From the NCBI RefSeq assembly GCF_006345805.1, contig NC_043011.1, positions 35,352,464 through 35,416,463 on the forward strand: a DNA stretch of 64,000 nt. The letters are read 5' to 3'. The DNA comes from Octopus sinensis (taxonomy: Eukaryota). The position numbers were made by a program, and so were the translations under genes. The notes below the pieces were generated by a model. That model worked only from the letters and a program-made list of their open reading frames with translations. It did not search any database and was not told the origin of the DNA. Positions 23,321-36,579 of this stretch are shown in pieces; position 1 is the first letter of the stretch; every line of letters starts with the position of its first letter.

Positions 23321-23422
23321 AGCGCTGCTTCTGATTGGTCAATCCATGGTGATGACCCGAGGTCACGGTGGCAGCGCTGCTTCTGATTGGTCAATCCATG
23401 GTGATGACCCGACGTCACGGTG
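23321..23422. repeat. 2 x 52-bp tandem repeat with CCAAT-box and CRE-like motifs
   Basis: ctgattggtcaatcc occurs twice; gacgtca in unit 2. Confidence 0.75.
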
Positions 23423-23533
23423 ACGGCACTACTTTTGTCATTCATAAGTTACAACTAAACGTGAAGAATTTAGTTATTGGGTTAATAAAATATGGTCGTT
23501 TATTCGTGTGTAATAAATAAAATACCAAACTCA

Positions 23534-23608
23534 TTCCCTATGGATACCGTATTTATTACAACTCGTTTACAAGCCACTCGTTGTAATAAATACGGTATCC
23601 ATAGGGAA
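23534..23608. repeat. Perfect 29-bp inverted repeat with 17-nt loop
   Basis: ttccctatggataccgtatttattacaac / gttgtaataaatacggtatccatagggaa. Confidence 0.95.
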
Positions 23609-24139
23609 CTCGTTTCGTATTCTCTATATATATTCAGTCAAACTAATGCACCTGCTTGTTATTCCTGCACCTGTCTTCGTCTTTTGTTGTTTTCTGTAAA
23701 TATATCCTTTTATATGTGTGCTGCAAGATTCTTGATGTGAAACCGTGCGTTGAAACAGATATTGTTGTATTTCGAGATAGTTATTTTTTCCCTCTTTTTG
23801 CCAAATAAACAGGCGCACTATATAATTCCCTTTTCACTCATTTTTACTGTTCTTATTCTAATTTATGTTTATCGTCCGGAAATCTTTCGTCACACCTCTG
23901 TGAACTCTTCAGCGACACTTTCTGTCTTCGTGTGTACTCTTGCTCCGCTTTTATACATATACACACATACGCGAGTAAATATACGGGTAAAACCCTTGTG
24001 GTATGCTATATAAAGCTCGTATAAAGTCTTACTCAAAGAAGGTGCATTTCACACCTTGAATTGGTGATAATGATTACACAACATCTCACCAATGAACAAG
24101 TGTAAAAATGTGTCGAAACAATTGTAATGTTTATAGATA

Positions 24140-24227
<88 letters not shown>

Positions 24228-26020
24228 TGTATGTATGTATGTATGTATGTATGTATGTATGTGTGTATGTATATACTTACATATATATGTATATACATAT
24301 GCATATATGGGTTCAGGACGTCACAGAAGGTAAACAACAGGAAATACGAAATACGAAAATATGGAATACGAACTTTTTTGCGAACAGCGAAAGAAACAAT
24401 AGTATCGATAATGCCCGAAATTGCGTTTGACTCCTCTTGCTGATAACTGATGAAGAATTTGTGACCTTGTGTGTTTTCTGTTCGCCTGTGCATTTAGTAT
24501 GTGTTCGTTTGTTTATTTACAATACGTTTATTTTTAATTATATATATATAGATATGTCATATTTTCCGTTTGTTGTCTTTTTTTTAATCCTGAAGATATA
24601 TTTTATGTAACGCACGCACTCATTAATCTTTTATCTATATATATATGTGTGTGTGCGTGTGTATGTGTGCGTGTGTGTGTGTGTGAGTGTGTGTGTGTGT
24701 GTGTGCGCGCGCGCGTGTGTGTGTAGTTCAAATTTACAGAAAACAAACGACGAAGACAGGTGAAAGAACAACAAGCAGAGTTTGAAGGTTTTTTAGTTAT
24801 AGAAATCGACCCCAGGACTTACTCTTTGGAACCCTAGCACTTATTCTATCGGTTTCTTTTTCCAAAACGCTAAGCTACGGGGACGTGTATATATATACAC
24901 ACATATATATATATATATTATATTATATAATATATATAGCGTATTAGTGACTGTGTGACAAGAAGTTTGCTGCCTGGTCACTAGGTCAAATAGATTTGGA
25001 CGATGGAAACTGAAAAAAGCCCGTCGTATATACGTGTTTGTGGGCCGGAGGGGGCTAGCTTCGTGCTTGTCCCAGACAACCGCTTGTTGACTTCCTTTCC
25101 ATCCCCGCAACTTAGAAGTTCGACGAAATTAACCGATAGAATATGTCGAATGACTGAGACAAGTAAATGTTTTTTTTAGATATATCGTAGTAATATCTAA
25201 TGTAGTTGTGGTTTACGACCAGTCAGGACGTTACCATTGGTTTCACACTTTTTATACTCTTAGCAATATAGACGTCTCCCACGGCTAAGAACGTAAAAGG
25301 CGCGAAAGCAAAGGTGACTCCCTGACCAGCCATACCAGCCACATAGTTTCGGGTTCATTCACACTGCGTGGCACCTTAGAACCTAGGGTTGGATTCAAAA
25401 TTCTACCAGGACACCTGATGAAGCCGAAATTTTGTGGTAGCAACAAACAAGATGAGGACAAATATCCGTCCAATGTAAATATTGTACAGAATTCCTCATC
25501 TCTAAAATATAGAACAATTTATGATTGTTTCAAAAATTCCATGTTGACTTAATCTTGCATCGTGTTTTTAAACGACTCCACAATTAATGATGTAGTCATA
25601 TCCGTTGTACAGATACCCCGTTCATAGAAATGATCCCTCGCAACTCTCTACAAAAAATAATATGCTGAAGTGTTTGTCTATCGCTTAAATATAGGACATT
25701 AATCAATGTTTATAGTGGACGGCACAGCGGTCACGTTTATAAACATGATTGAAGATAAGTCAAAATGAATTTGTAGAAATAGTTGTAAACTATGAAACAA
25801 AAATAATAACGCAAACTCCACTTTTCAGTGCTTATTACTTCTGTAACCCCTCAGAGGAAACATGACTCCTCCTTCACTCCTCTCCACCCTTCATTTATGG
25901 TTTGAGAATAATTCTATAATTGTTGTAAACTGGAATGGAACTTACTCTCTTTCTGCTCACATCCATTCACCATTCAATGCTACTTGCTTTGCATCTTTTA
26001 GAGAGATAGATTAGATATAA

Positions 26021-26419
26021 CTAGCAGTATCGCCCGGCGTTGCTCGGGTTTGTAAGGGAAATAACTATATAAGCATTTTTAGAGAGTTATAGCCAAAAAA
26101 TAGCAAAAAAAAATGCATTAAAAATGGAAAAAAAATGATGGTGAATTTTTTTTAAATCGTTGACTCATCGTAGACATTTTTAGAGAGTTACTTCCCTTAT
26201 ATAATATCGAAAAAATGCATTAAAAATGGAAAAAAATGATGGTAATTTTTTTTTTAATCGTAGACTCATCGTAGACGCGCGCTAATACCCAGAAGGGCTC
26301 GATATGAATCACGACTATAAGATACCCGGTTTTGGTTAAACTGCACCGCAAAATGTGGGAGTAGTTAGGAATCTAAATCGTAGGAGACAGACGCACAACC
26401 TCTCTTTTATATATAAGGA
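26021..26419 (-). mobile_element. Non-autonomous Helitron (399 bp), same family as 21868-22265
   Basis: TC...hairpin-CTAG termini; contains an internal partial tandem duplication. Confidence 0.85.
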
Positions 26420-26469
26420 TAAACTCAAAGAGCAACTAGAAAGTGAAAGTAGTTTCTAACTTCGGATGT

Positions 26470-26880
26470 CTCATAGATAGTGGTGGCAATGGTGTTGCAG
26501 GTGGTAGATGTGGTTATCATGGCAGTGGTGGTGTAGTGGTGACAGTGGATGTGTATGATGGCAGAAATTATAGTGTTGGTGTTTTTGTAGAGGTGGTGGT
26601 GGTGGTGGTGGCGGCAGTGGATGATGATGATAATGATGATGATAGTAGTAGTAGCATTGATTATGTTAGGATGTCTCATGGATGGTAGAGTTGAAGACAT
26701 TGCAGAGTGTAGTGGTGGTGGAATTGGTGATTTTGAATATGATGCTGGTATTGATCTTGGGGTTGTGGTTGCAGAAGATGGTTGTGGTGGTGGCATTCGA
26801 GGTTGTAGTAATGGTTGTAGTGGTGGTTGTGAAGATGATTCTGATATTGATAGTCTTTGCATTGAGGTGGTGGCAGAGTC
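26470..26880. repeat. Degenerate (GGT/GAT)n trinucleotide low-complexity tract
   Basis: Direct reading. Confidence 0.85.
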
Positions 26881-27617
26881 AGAGTAATAATAAGAGCCGA
26901 GTTAACACAAGATTCTTAAATTTCGGAGATCATAAGATAGAGAGCAAGAAGTTAAAAGTTCCAATACTGGCCCAATACCTACACCCCAGATTCTTCAAAT
27001 ATTTTATAAGAAAGGGGTTAATGGCAGGATAGGGATTCAGCTTAAAAATAAATTGTATAACAAAAAATACATAAATAAATTACTGCTCCAACGATGTAAT
27101 TTTAGTATGTATGTATGTATGTGTGTGCGTGTAAGCAATGCAAACAATGGAAAATAATTTAAACACTCATTTTCTGATGTCTAAGGATGGATATTTATGC
27201 GCATGAATCTTTTTCTTTTTATTTTCTTTGAAATATAATTCTAGGGAACTGAAAAAGCTGTGTACGATGCCAAGCGAATTTAGCTATTTACGATGAACGG
27301 ATGTTTACGTTACAAACGAATCTGTAGGTCTGTTTACATGTTTACGTTAACTACGTCACAAAATAGCTGTTTACGTCACAGTAACAATATTTTGAGAGGC
27401 AGTAAATAATATGAGGTCGAAAGAAAGAATACCATTGGTTAAAATTCGAATTATTAAACAACGTTAAACTTAGAAATTACAATTCCGTTTTCATTTTGGG
27501 TTACAATTAAGTTTTCTTTTGACACATTCTACCAGTATACGAAGTTTCAAATCATTTAGTTAACTAAGAAAATCTGGCCTTCAAACTGAAAAGATCCCAC
27601 TTACCTAATATATATAT

Positions 27618-28714
27618 ACTATAGCCTCGGGCCGACCAAAGCTTTGTGAGTGGATTTGATAGATGGAAACTGAAAGAAGCCCATCGTATATATGTATATG
27701 GATATATATGTGTGTGTGTTTGCCCCCCTCCACCAACATCACTCGACAACCAATGCTGGTGTGTTTACATCCCCGTAACCTAGCGGTTCAGTAAAACAGA
27801 ATAAGTACTAGGCTTACAAAGAATAAGTCCTGGGGTCGGTTTGCTCGGCTAAAGGCAGTGTTCCAGCATGGACGCAGTCAAAGGACTGAAACAAGTAAAA
27901 AAGTAAAAGAGTTGTCTTCTTTAGCATCCTTTCACATTTAACTACCTTTTAATTATTTATTTTTCTTTGTATATCATAGTCTGTTCAAAGATAATTCTAG
28001 AAACAAAATATAAAATGAAAGAAACAAAAAAAAAAAGTGGGGTTGGTGGAAAATTAGGTGTAAACAAAAATAAGACCATCTTAAAGCTGAAAGTTTGTTT
28101 CAACGACATAAAGTTTAGGACATTAATTTTCAATTGATAGTCAATTATTAAAGCAAAAAAAAATATATATATATATATATGTAATTATAATTATTTTTTG
28201 TTGCTTTAATAATTGACTATCAATTGAAAATTAATGTCCTAAACTTTATGTCGTTGAAACAAACTTTCAGCTTTAAGATGGTCTTATTTTTGTTTACACC
28301 TAATTTTCCACCAACCCCACTTTTTTTTTTTGTTTCTTTCATTTTATATTTTGTTTCTAGAATTATCTTTGAACAGACTATGATATACAAAGAAAAATAA
28401 ATAATTAAAAGGTAGTTAAATGTGAAAGGATGCTAAAGATGCTAAAATGTGAAAGGATGCTGGAGCACTGCCTTTAGCCGAGCAAACCGACCCCAGGACT
28501 TATTCTTTGTAAGCCTAGTACTTATTCTGTTTTACTGAACCGCTAGGTTACGGGGATGTAAACACACCAGCATTGGTTGTCAAGTGATGTTGGTGGTGGT
28601 GGTGGTGGTGGGGGGGGGCAAACACACACACATATATATCCATATACATATATACGATGGGCTTCTTTCAGTTTCCATCTATCAAATCCACTCACAAAGC
28701 TTTGGTCGGCCCGA
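27618..28714. repeat. ~1.1-kb palindrome (inverted duplication of a SINE1 and its flank)
   Basis: 27618-28160 is the reverse complement of 28195-28714 with few differences; SINE private mutations are shared. Confidence 0.95.
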
Positions 28715-29156
28715 GGCTATAGTAGAAAGTGTCACGCAGTGGGACTGAACCCAGAACCATGTGGTTGGTAAGCAAGCTACTTACCACTCAGCCACTCCTG
28801 CACCTATAGGAAAAAAGAAGGCTTTCCCATCTGCAAGGGAGTTGAACACACATTCCTTTGTTAACATAACTAAGCGTGTTACCTTTACACCAGTGAATCA
28901 GCCAAGAAGAAAAGGAAAAAAGAGGAAAAAGTTTCTTCCCCTCACACACACATACACACAAATACTCTCACACATGCACACATACACAAACACACACACA
29001 CACACACAAACATACACACATAAACACTCATGTATACACATAGGACATATTTCTTCATGCTTGTTTTATTTATATTTCCTGAGCGCCATACTAATACAAT
29101 TGTTTGTTTGTTTTCCACCTGCCTTCGTCTTTTGTCTATTTTCATAAAGCTTCTCG

Positions 29157-29234
<78 letters not shown>

Positions 29235-29938
29235 AAATTGATAGATAAGATAGATAGATAGATGATAGCCAGATATATGGAACCAAACAACTATAAGCGC
29301 TGCTTTCCATTTTTTCCTTATTTTTTGTTACCTGTAACCTTTAGCATTCAAATATCTCTGTCAAAGACATTGTTTTGCATTAATCATGTCTTATCTCATA
29401 GCTTTGTCATTTCAATGATTGTTATTTTGAGTTTGACATTGTAGAGCAAGTGTGAAAGCCCAGATCTAGATCGTTTGAATAGAAAATAGAAAGAATATTC
29501 GGGCTGGATATGGTTGATTTAAATACTAAAGGTTAAGTCAGAAGGGAAGGCACCCCTGATGGACCTTTTATATAGTCTTCACCAAGGGCATTGAAGATAC
29601 CACTCCTGATGATGTCTTGAGCTAACTGGATCCTAGAAAGGAGCTGTTGTGGTAGCAGGCCACGAAACACAGTTGTAATTCCTCCTGTTAAAGCAGGAGA
29701 CTGATTAAGTCTGCCAGATAATTAGGCCATGGCAGGATTTGAACTCAGAATACTATCAAATTTCTGCTAGTCTACTTCTCTGTATCTTTTGTCTTGTACT
29801 TGCTTTAGTAATTGGATTATGGTCCCTGTCAGCATGTATGTATACAATTATGTGCTTTGGTTGCAGCATTATAGCATTTAGCTCTTATTTCTAGCAATGT
29901 AGGTGTTATAACACCCTTGTAATATTTAATGACAGTTT

Positions 29939-30018
<80 letters not shown>

Positions 30019-30060
30019 TATATATCTACATACATACATATTTATAGGAGGATATCAAAC

Positions 30061-30197
30061 ACGTTAGGAAGGGCATCCAGCCATAGAAACACTGCCAGAT
30101 CTGACTGGCCTGACGAAGCCTTCCAGCTTCACAGACCCCAGTTGACCCGTCCAACCCATGCTAGCATGGAAAGCGGACGCTAAACGATGATGATGAT
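30061..30197 (+). mobile_element. 3' tip of the RTE family seen at 52122-52985
   Basis: taggaagggcatccag...acccatgctagcatggaaagcggacgctaaac(gat)n. Confidence 0.8.
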
Positions 30198-30211
30198 ATA
30201 ATATATATATA

Positions 30212-30254
<43 letters not shown>

Positions 30255-30334
30255 CATATATATATATTCATATATATACATACACACACTATATATACAT
30301 ACATACATACATATATACATACTTACATACATAT

Positions 30335-30392
<58 letters not shown>

Positions 30393-31140
30393 GAAATTTA
30401 CAGAAAAACAAAAGATGAAGACAGGTGTATGAACAACAAGCAGGTGTATCAGTTTGACGCCTGGGAAAGTGAGAAATACTTTTACATTTTGAGCCTACAC
30501 TCTTCAACAGAACGGAACACAAGGAAATAAGCAGAGAGAGAATAAAAAGAGAAAGAGAATAAAAAAAAACTTGTGGCTTAAGGAGAGAGCAGCTTGACAC
30601 ATCAAATCATGGAGCATATGCCTGTTAATAATACTACAATTACTCTATAACGTTCTCCCTCATTCATTAGTTTTATCTACCATTCTTTTTCTCTCGATAA
30701 AGTCTGTATCTTAACTATCATAACACCATCAATGAACTATAGTGCATCATTTTGGCATGAGGTAGGATGTGTTGAATGTGTTTATTTTTGTGTATATATG
30801 GGGCAATATATATGGTATATATGTGGTTTCTATGGAACACTTGCATGAAGAAAAAAACTAACACTTCTACATGTTGTTAAAAAACTTCCTTTCGAAATTC
30901 TCCCTGAGGATATACCCAATTCACTGGTTTTGAATATGGAATTTTATTTCTGAAATTAAAGAATTGTGTATCGAAACAGCTGTAGATAGAAATTACTACA
31001 TATGAATTTGAATGTCTTTAAATAAAAACATCAGTATGTAAATTTTTATCCATTTTCTTCATTTTCTTATTTAAAAAGGTTTATTTAAATACCTTTACAT
31101 TTCAGTGATAAAACTAAGATACTTGGTTTTCTCTGACTAA

Positions 31141-31544
31141 TTATATATATATATAAATTAGAAAAAAACTCACCTTTTATCAATTCATCAATGAAAAAAT
31201 GAATTATGCCATATAGAAAAAAATTACACTGTATAGAAAAATTAAATATAAGCTAAAAACATTTACCAATGATTAAGTAATATGAAAAATAATAAATAAA
31301 ACGTATATATTTGGTATATATGTTTTATTTATTATTTTGTACATTACTTAATCATCGTTATATGTTTTATCTTATATCAATCTTTCTATAATATGTAATT
31401 TTCTAGATAATTTTTCATTATTGACTTGATATAAGGTGTTTTTTTCTAATTTATTATATATATATATCATATTTTGTGAAATTTGATTTAGTATTTCTAA
31501 ATCGAATTTTTCCCTGTAAGTTTGGAATAACATTCCCTCATATT

Positions 31545-31545
<1 letters not shown>
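31141..31545 (+). repeat. Foldback element, family of 22430-22710 and 1-300
   Basis: Inverted arms at 31145-31195 / 31410-31462, then the ttttccctgtaagtt terminal motif. Confidence 0.7.
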
Positions 31546-31598
<53 letters not shown>

Positions 31599-32288
31599 CA
31601 CAGAAACACACACAACCACACACACTCACACACACACACATACACAGATACACACACACACACACACACACTCACAGATATACACACACACACACACATA
31701 TGCATGTGTATGTCTGTATTTGGTTCAATCCACTCCCCTACCTGACAACCCATATTGTTTAATGTAGCCATCACTTAGCAGCTTGAAAAAAATATTGATG
31801 GAATCAAACTTAAAAAGTAAGTATTGGGGTCAATTTGTCTGACAACCCCCCCTCTCCCCCAAGGCAGTGCTCCAGCATGGCTGCAGACCAGGGAATGAAA
31901 CAAGTAAAATAAATAAAAGGGAATAGTAAAAGTGAAAATCAGTTGTCGCATTTTACAACATTTTGTTGCATCATTATGTACACTTGTGTGCATAATGAAG
32001 ATTATTGCTTCAATTTGTCACTAAATCTCTGAAACAGATGTTAAAGATTACCATCAATTATCTTCTTTCTCCTTGATTATATATTCACTAATGTAACATC
32101 TGTCCAGAAAATTCATCATAAGAAATGTTGCCGTTTGATAAAGGGTATTATATCAGCATTTTTAAAAATAAATAAAAAACAAATGACTGATAGAAGGGGC
32201 TTTGTAACAACATTAAATATAGAAGTCATTAATCAACATAAAACATAAAAAAAATGTGATGGGGTCATTTAAAACGAAATTTCTTATA

Positions 32289-32523
32289 TTATTTACATTA
32301 TTTACATTTGATAGATATTTGTCCTCATCTTGTTTGTTGTTAACTCAACGCTTCAGCTGATATACCCTCCAGCCTTCATCAGGTGTCTTGGGGAAATTTC
32401 AAACCTGGGTTCTCATTCCTAAGGTATTTTTTGATGCTATTATTATTATTACTATTATTAGTATTATTATCATTATTCCGAGTTCAATTCCAAGCAGTGA
32501 CCTGAATAATAACAATAATAATG

Positions 32524-32621
<98 letters not shown>

Positions 32622-32765
32622 ATCGAAAAATACCTTAGGAATGAGAATCCAGGTTTTAAATTTCCCCAAGACACCTGAAGAAGGCTGGAAGGTATATCAG
32701 CTGAAACGTGTTGACAACAAACAAGATGAGGACAAATATCCATCAAATGTAAATAATGTAAATAA
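32289..32765. mobile_element. Inverted pair of Penelope-type pLTR segments around an (ATT)/(AAT)n spacer, with a hammerhead-like core on each strand
   Basis: ~145-bp arms. CTGA(T/A)GA-aggctgg..tatatcagct-GAA(A/G) at 32376-32382 (-) and 32675-32681 (+). The same unit abuts a GIY-YIG fragment at 49010. Confidence 0.8.
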
Positions 32766-32892
32766 TGTATATAATTCCTCATCTTTTAAATATAAAACTG
32801 AAATTTCTTATAGTGAATTTTATTACAGCAAAAATGTTTATAGCAAAATTTCCTATAACTCCATGAACTACCTTCTTTCGTTCTTAAATATG

Positions 32893-33105
32893 AGAGGCTG
32901 CTGAAAAATTCCTGGCTTCAGGTAAAAAAAAAAAGGATGATTGATTTTATCATTTTATTCATTATGTTACCCTCTCAGCTTCACATAGTTATTGCAGTAG
33001 TCCTTCAGTTTTTCTAAGCTCTATGAAAGAAATCAGAAGGTCAGGCCTCCAACCAACCTTTCATGATATCCTTAAGGCTGGGAACTTTTCAGCACCCTTT
33101 CATAC
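32893..33105. mobile_element. ~210-bp TA-flanked MITE (mariner-like TIRs)
   Basis: tatgagaggctgctgaaaaattcc / ggaacttttcagcacccttcata; further copies at 59230-59640 and 59673-59892. Confidence 0.75.
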
Positions 33106-33419
33106 GTTTATGTTTGTGTAGCTCGCCTATAAATGTTTGGATGTTATATATAACTCCTTGACCATCTTTTATCTTTATTTTCATTCACTCAGCCTCTGCA
33201 TTTCTTATTGTTTCACTGGGCTATTTTCCCTTTGATTAGGACATTGGATTTAAAGAAATTAGAATTATTCTGAACACTAATCTATTCCTTATCTAGAGAT
33301 TCCTTTTGATTTCAAGTTCACAGTTTTTGGAACTTTTGCATTTTATTATTATTGTAACAAACATCACAATGTTTCTGTGAAGAATGATGCCCTGTGAAAA
33401 GGGTAACTTATTGGCCACA

Positions 33420-34560
33420 ATAGAAGTGTTGTATTAAGTTTTATCTCTTCCCATTTTGAACTTAAATATTATTGTGAGATACTTCTGCCACATCCTTTTC
33501 ATCCACCAAAACATTGTGTGAGTGGTAGTAAGAAACTCTAGGGATAGCTGAACAGATGATGGTTCTTAAAGTAGCCCCCTTGTATTTGTGAGGAAGGCCA
33601 CTTGTGTCTATTATCTGCAGGCCCTCTTCTGCTATTTGCTTGAAATACAATCTACTAAATGCCATGCTATTACCAGTTCAAATATACTAAAAGCACATCA
33701 TTCAAGTGTTTTGGCTCTTCGCTCCTGACACTCTAAGGGTGCTGAGCTGCATCTAGGTCATGACTCCTAGATATCTTCCAGTTGCAACATTATGTGCCAC
33801 TGTCTGCATTGTAACCCTCCAGGTTATTTAAGGTATTCCAGACCCAAAGTACCTCGAGTGTTGTAACAAATTCAGTCCAAGACACCAGTTGACTGTAGAG
33901 TAATTTATACCTTTTGAAATTCACTTCCATTTCTCCTTAACCAGATCTGGTTGGAACACTTTTCAGCTGTTTCTTTTATTGTCTTAAAAGCCCTGCTTTT
34001 TGTTCTTTCAGAAATTGAGAACCACATTATGAGATCATCAGCAAATTTTCTACAAAGCCTCTTGCAGCCACCTCTGTGGTGAAGACTTTAGTTTAGAAGC
34101 CAGTTCCTTCCAGCTTTTGGCTTGGATTGGACTGATCTTAGAAACTCATCCCTGGAATCCTCATGCATAAAACAAGAGCCTTGCGTTATCAGACTTGTAC
34201 TCTTCCATGGTGTACTTTAGAGGTTGCTTCAGCTTTGCTTGGTAAAAGTAGGGAGCAACACCAGTGAGGCCAGGTGGAATACCAAGCCATATCCTGGTAT
34301 ACTTATTAATCTTGGCCTCTGTCATTTCCACTGATATCATATAAGCCAAAGGAGCATTGATATCATCACTAACTGTAAGCTCCAGTTCTTGTATTTGTGA
34401 GGAAGGCCACTTGTGTCTATTATCTGTAGGCTCTCTTCTGCTATTTGCTTGAAATACAAACTACTAAATGCAATGTTATTACCAGTTTGAATATGCTAAA
34501 AGCACATTTGGACTTGTAAAGAAGCCATTCATTGTGTTTTGTCATGGAAAAAATTTCTCA
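33420..34560 (-). mobile_element. Rearranged fragments of a HERO-like (R2/RLE group) non-LTR retrotransposon
   Basis: RKFADDL, IIDTSGLPHKYK, INKYTRIWLGIPPGLTGVA...LKQPL..TMEEYK and TEVAARGFV resemble HERO RT, thumb and C-terminal motifs. A ~115-bp segment occurs twice (33578, 34390) and partly a third time (34815). Confidence 0.7.
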
Positions 34561-34937
34561 CTGAAGACATATGGTGTAAATGCACCCAAATCAGCTTGCA
34601 ATGCCACCTATCTAGACTGTGAGATACAAGCATTTTGGAGTAGTTATCTCCTCTTTAGTCACTGAAACTGGACAGTGGTGCTGCAAGCTGATAAGAGAGA
34701 CAATCTCTTTTGTTTTTCCAGTCAAAGCGCGTTGGCTGGTTGTGCAGATTAACCGCTCATCGCAATAAAATTATGGGGTGAGAGCGATAAGTAGGGAAAA
34801 GTATAAATTCAGTGTTATTACCAGTTCAAATATGCTTAGAGCACATTTGGACTTGTAACTCATAAACAAGCCATTCACCGAGTTTTGTCATGGAGAAATT
34901 TAAACTGGTCATAACATTACATTTATACTTTTCCCTG

Positions 34938-35500
34938 CTTAGCAAGGCAGTGAGCTGGCAAAGACATTAGCATGCCAGGTGAAATGCTTAGCGGTATTTC
35001 ATCCATTTTCACGTTCTGAGTTCAAATTCCGCTGAGGTCAATTTTGCCTTTCATCCTTTCGCAGTCAATAAATTAAGTACCAGCTGCATTATTTATTTAT
35101 TTATGCACCCTTTTCAAGCCTAGCCAGGCTCATGGGCTCAGTTTCCCGGTTTCTGTGGTGTATGTGTTCCCCCCATCTGGACGGGACGCCAGTCCATTGC
35201 AGCGTTACCCAAGAAATAGAAAGAAAGAGTGAGAGAAAGTTGGGTGAAAGAGTACAACAGGGGTCACCCCCACCCCCTGCCGGAGCCTTGTGGAGCTTTT
35301 AGGTGTTTTCACTCAATAAATACACACAACGCCCGGTCTGGGAATTGAAACCGCAATCCTCCGACTGCAAGACCGCTGCCCTAACCACTGGGCCATTGTG
35401 CCTCCACACCAGCTGTGTACTGGGGGTCGATCTAATCGACTCCCCAGCCCTCCACCAAAATTTCGTACCTTGTGCCTAGAGTAGAAAAGACTTTTCACTG
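34938..35500 (+). mobile_element. SINE family 2 (ccttgtgcctagagtagaa tail) interrupted by a SINE family 3 insertion
   Basis: Head at 34945-35086; remainder at 35408-35500. Confidence 0.85.
35087..35407 (-). mobile_element. tRNA-derived SINE family 3, full length, 8-bp TSD
   Basis: Head tggaggcacaatggcccagtggttagggcagcgg; TSD accagctg at 35079-35086 and 35408-35415; (ttta)n tail. Confidence 0.9.
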
Positions 35501-36579
35501 CTTAGCACTCTCACCCAACAACCAGCTAAATCTCTTGATGGCAGTAACCCCACATGGTTAAAATTGAATGACTGGAATTAGAAAAGGTAAAAATGTTAAA
35601 AGATTCTTGAACAGATCTATAATGTGAACCTGGGAATAAATAAATAAACAAATTGTGGCAGCGCATAATCAACAGAAGTGCAAATAGAATTGAGCGGAGG
35701 TGAATATGAGGTGGCAGTCCATTGGGTAAAAGCCATTTAATTCTCTCTATGTATTTTTAACGGATTGTTTAAAGAAATAAATTATTTTGTGTTGGAAGTA
35801 AAAAAAAAGAAAAATGGTGTGGGATGAGGGACTGTCTTGTTGACTTGAGTTTAAATGGAAGCACAATTATGAATGCAATGAAACAAAAATATGCTAATAC
35901 TGTTTGTAAAAAGTGTTTGCTGAAAATATGTGTGTGTGTGTGTGTATATGCATTTAGGTATGTGTATACCTATGTATGTAGAAATCATTTACACTTTTAA
36001 ATACAAACACACATGTACATCTCTCCCTCTGTCACTCTTTCTCTCTCTCTGAATAAATATGTATATATATATATTATATATATATATATATATGTATTTA
36101 TATATATATATATAATATGTATATGTATATATATATATATATAATATGTATGTATATGTTTGCATACAAAAATGGGTGTATATGTATTAACAGAGATGTA
36201 TATAATTACAAACATTGAAATATATATATATGTGTGTGTGTCTGTGTGTATATATAAATATGTATATGGATATATATATATATGTGTGTGTGTGTGTGCA
36301 TGTATGCATATATATATATATATGTGCATCTATGTATGTATTTTTATATGTACGTTCATATGAATGGGTATATCTCTGTATCGATATATAGCATATACAT
36401 ATAAATAAATGGGTGTTTACTTATATGCAAGCATGCAGCCAAATATTTATACACATTTGCATTTTTTAAAAGACTTAAACAGCATTAGCACCTGATTCTT
36501 ACATGTAAATGTGTGAATAACTAAAACTACATTCATATGTACATATGTATATGTACATGTATGATGTATATATATATAT

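Noticed and set aside
35340-35407. tRNA genes at SINE heads (also 40370-40441, 60455-60532)
   Set aside because: A and B boxes are present but continue directly into SINE bodies; no complete acceptor stem.
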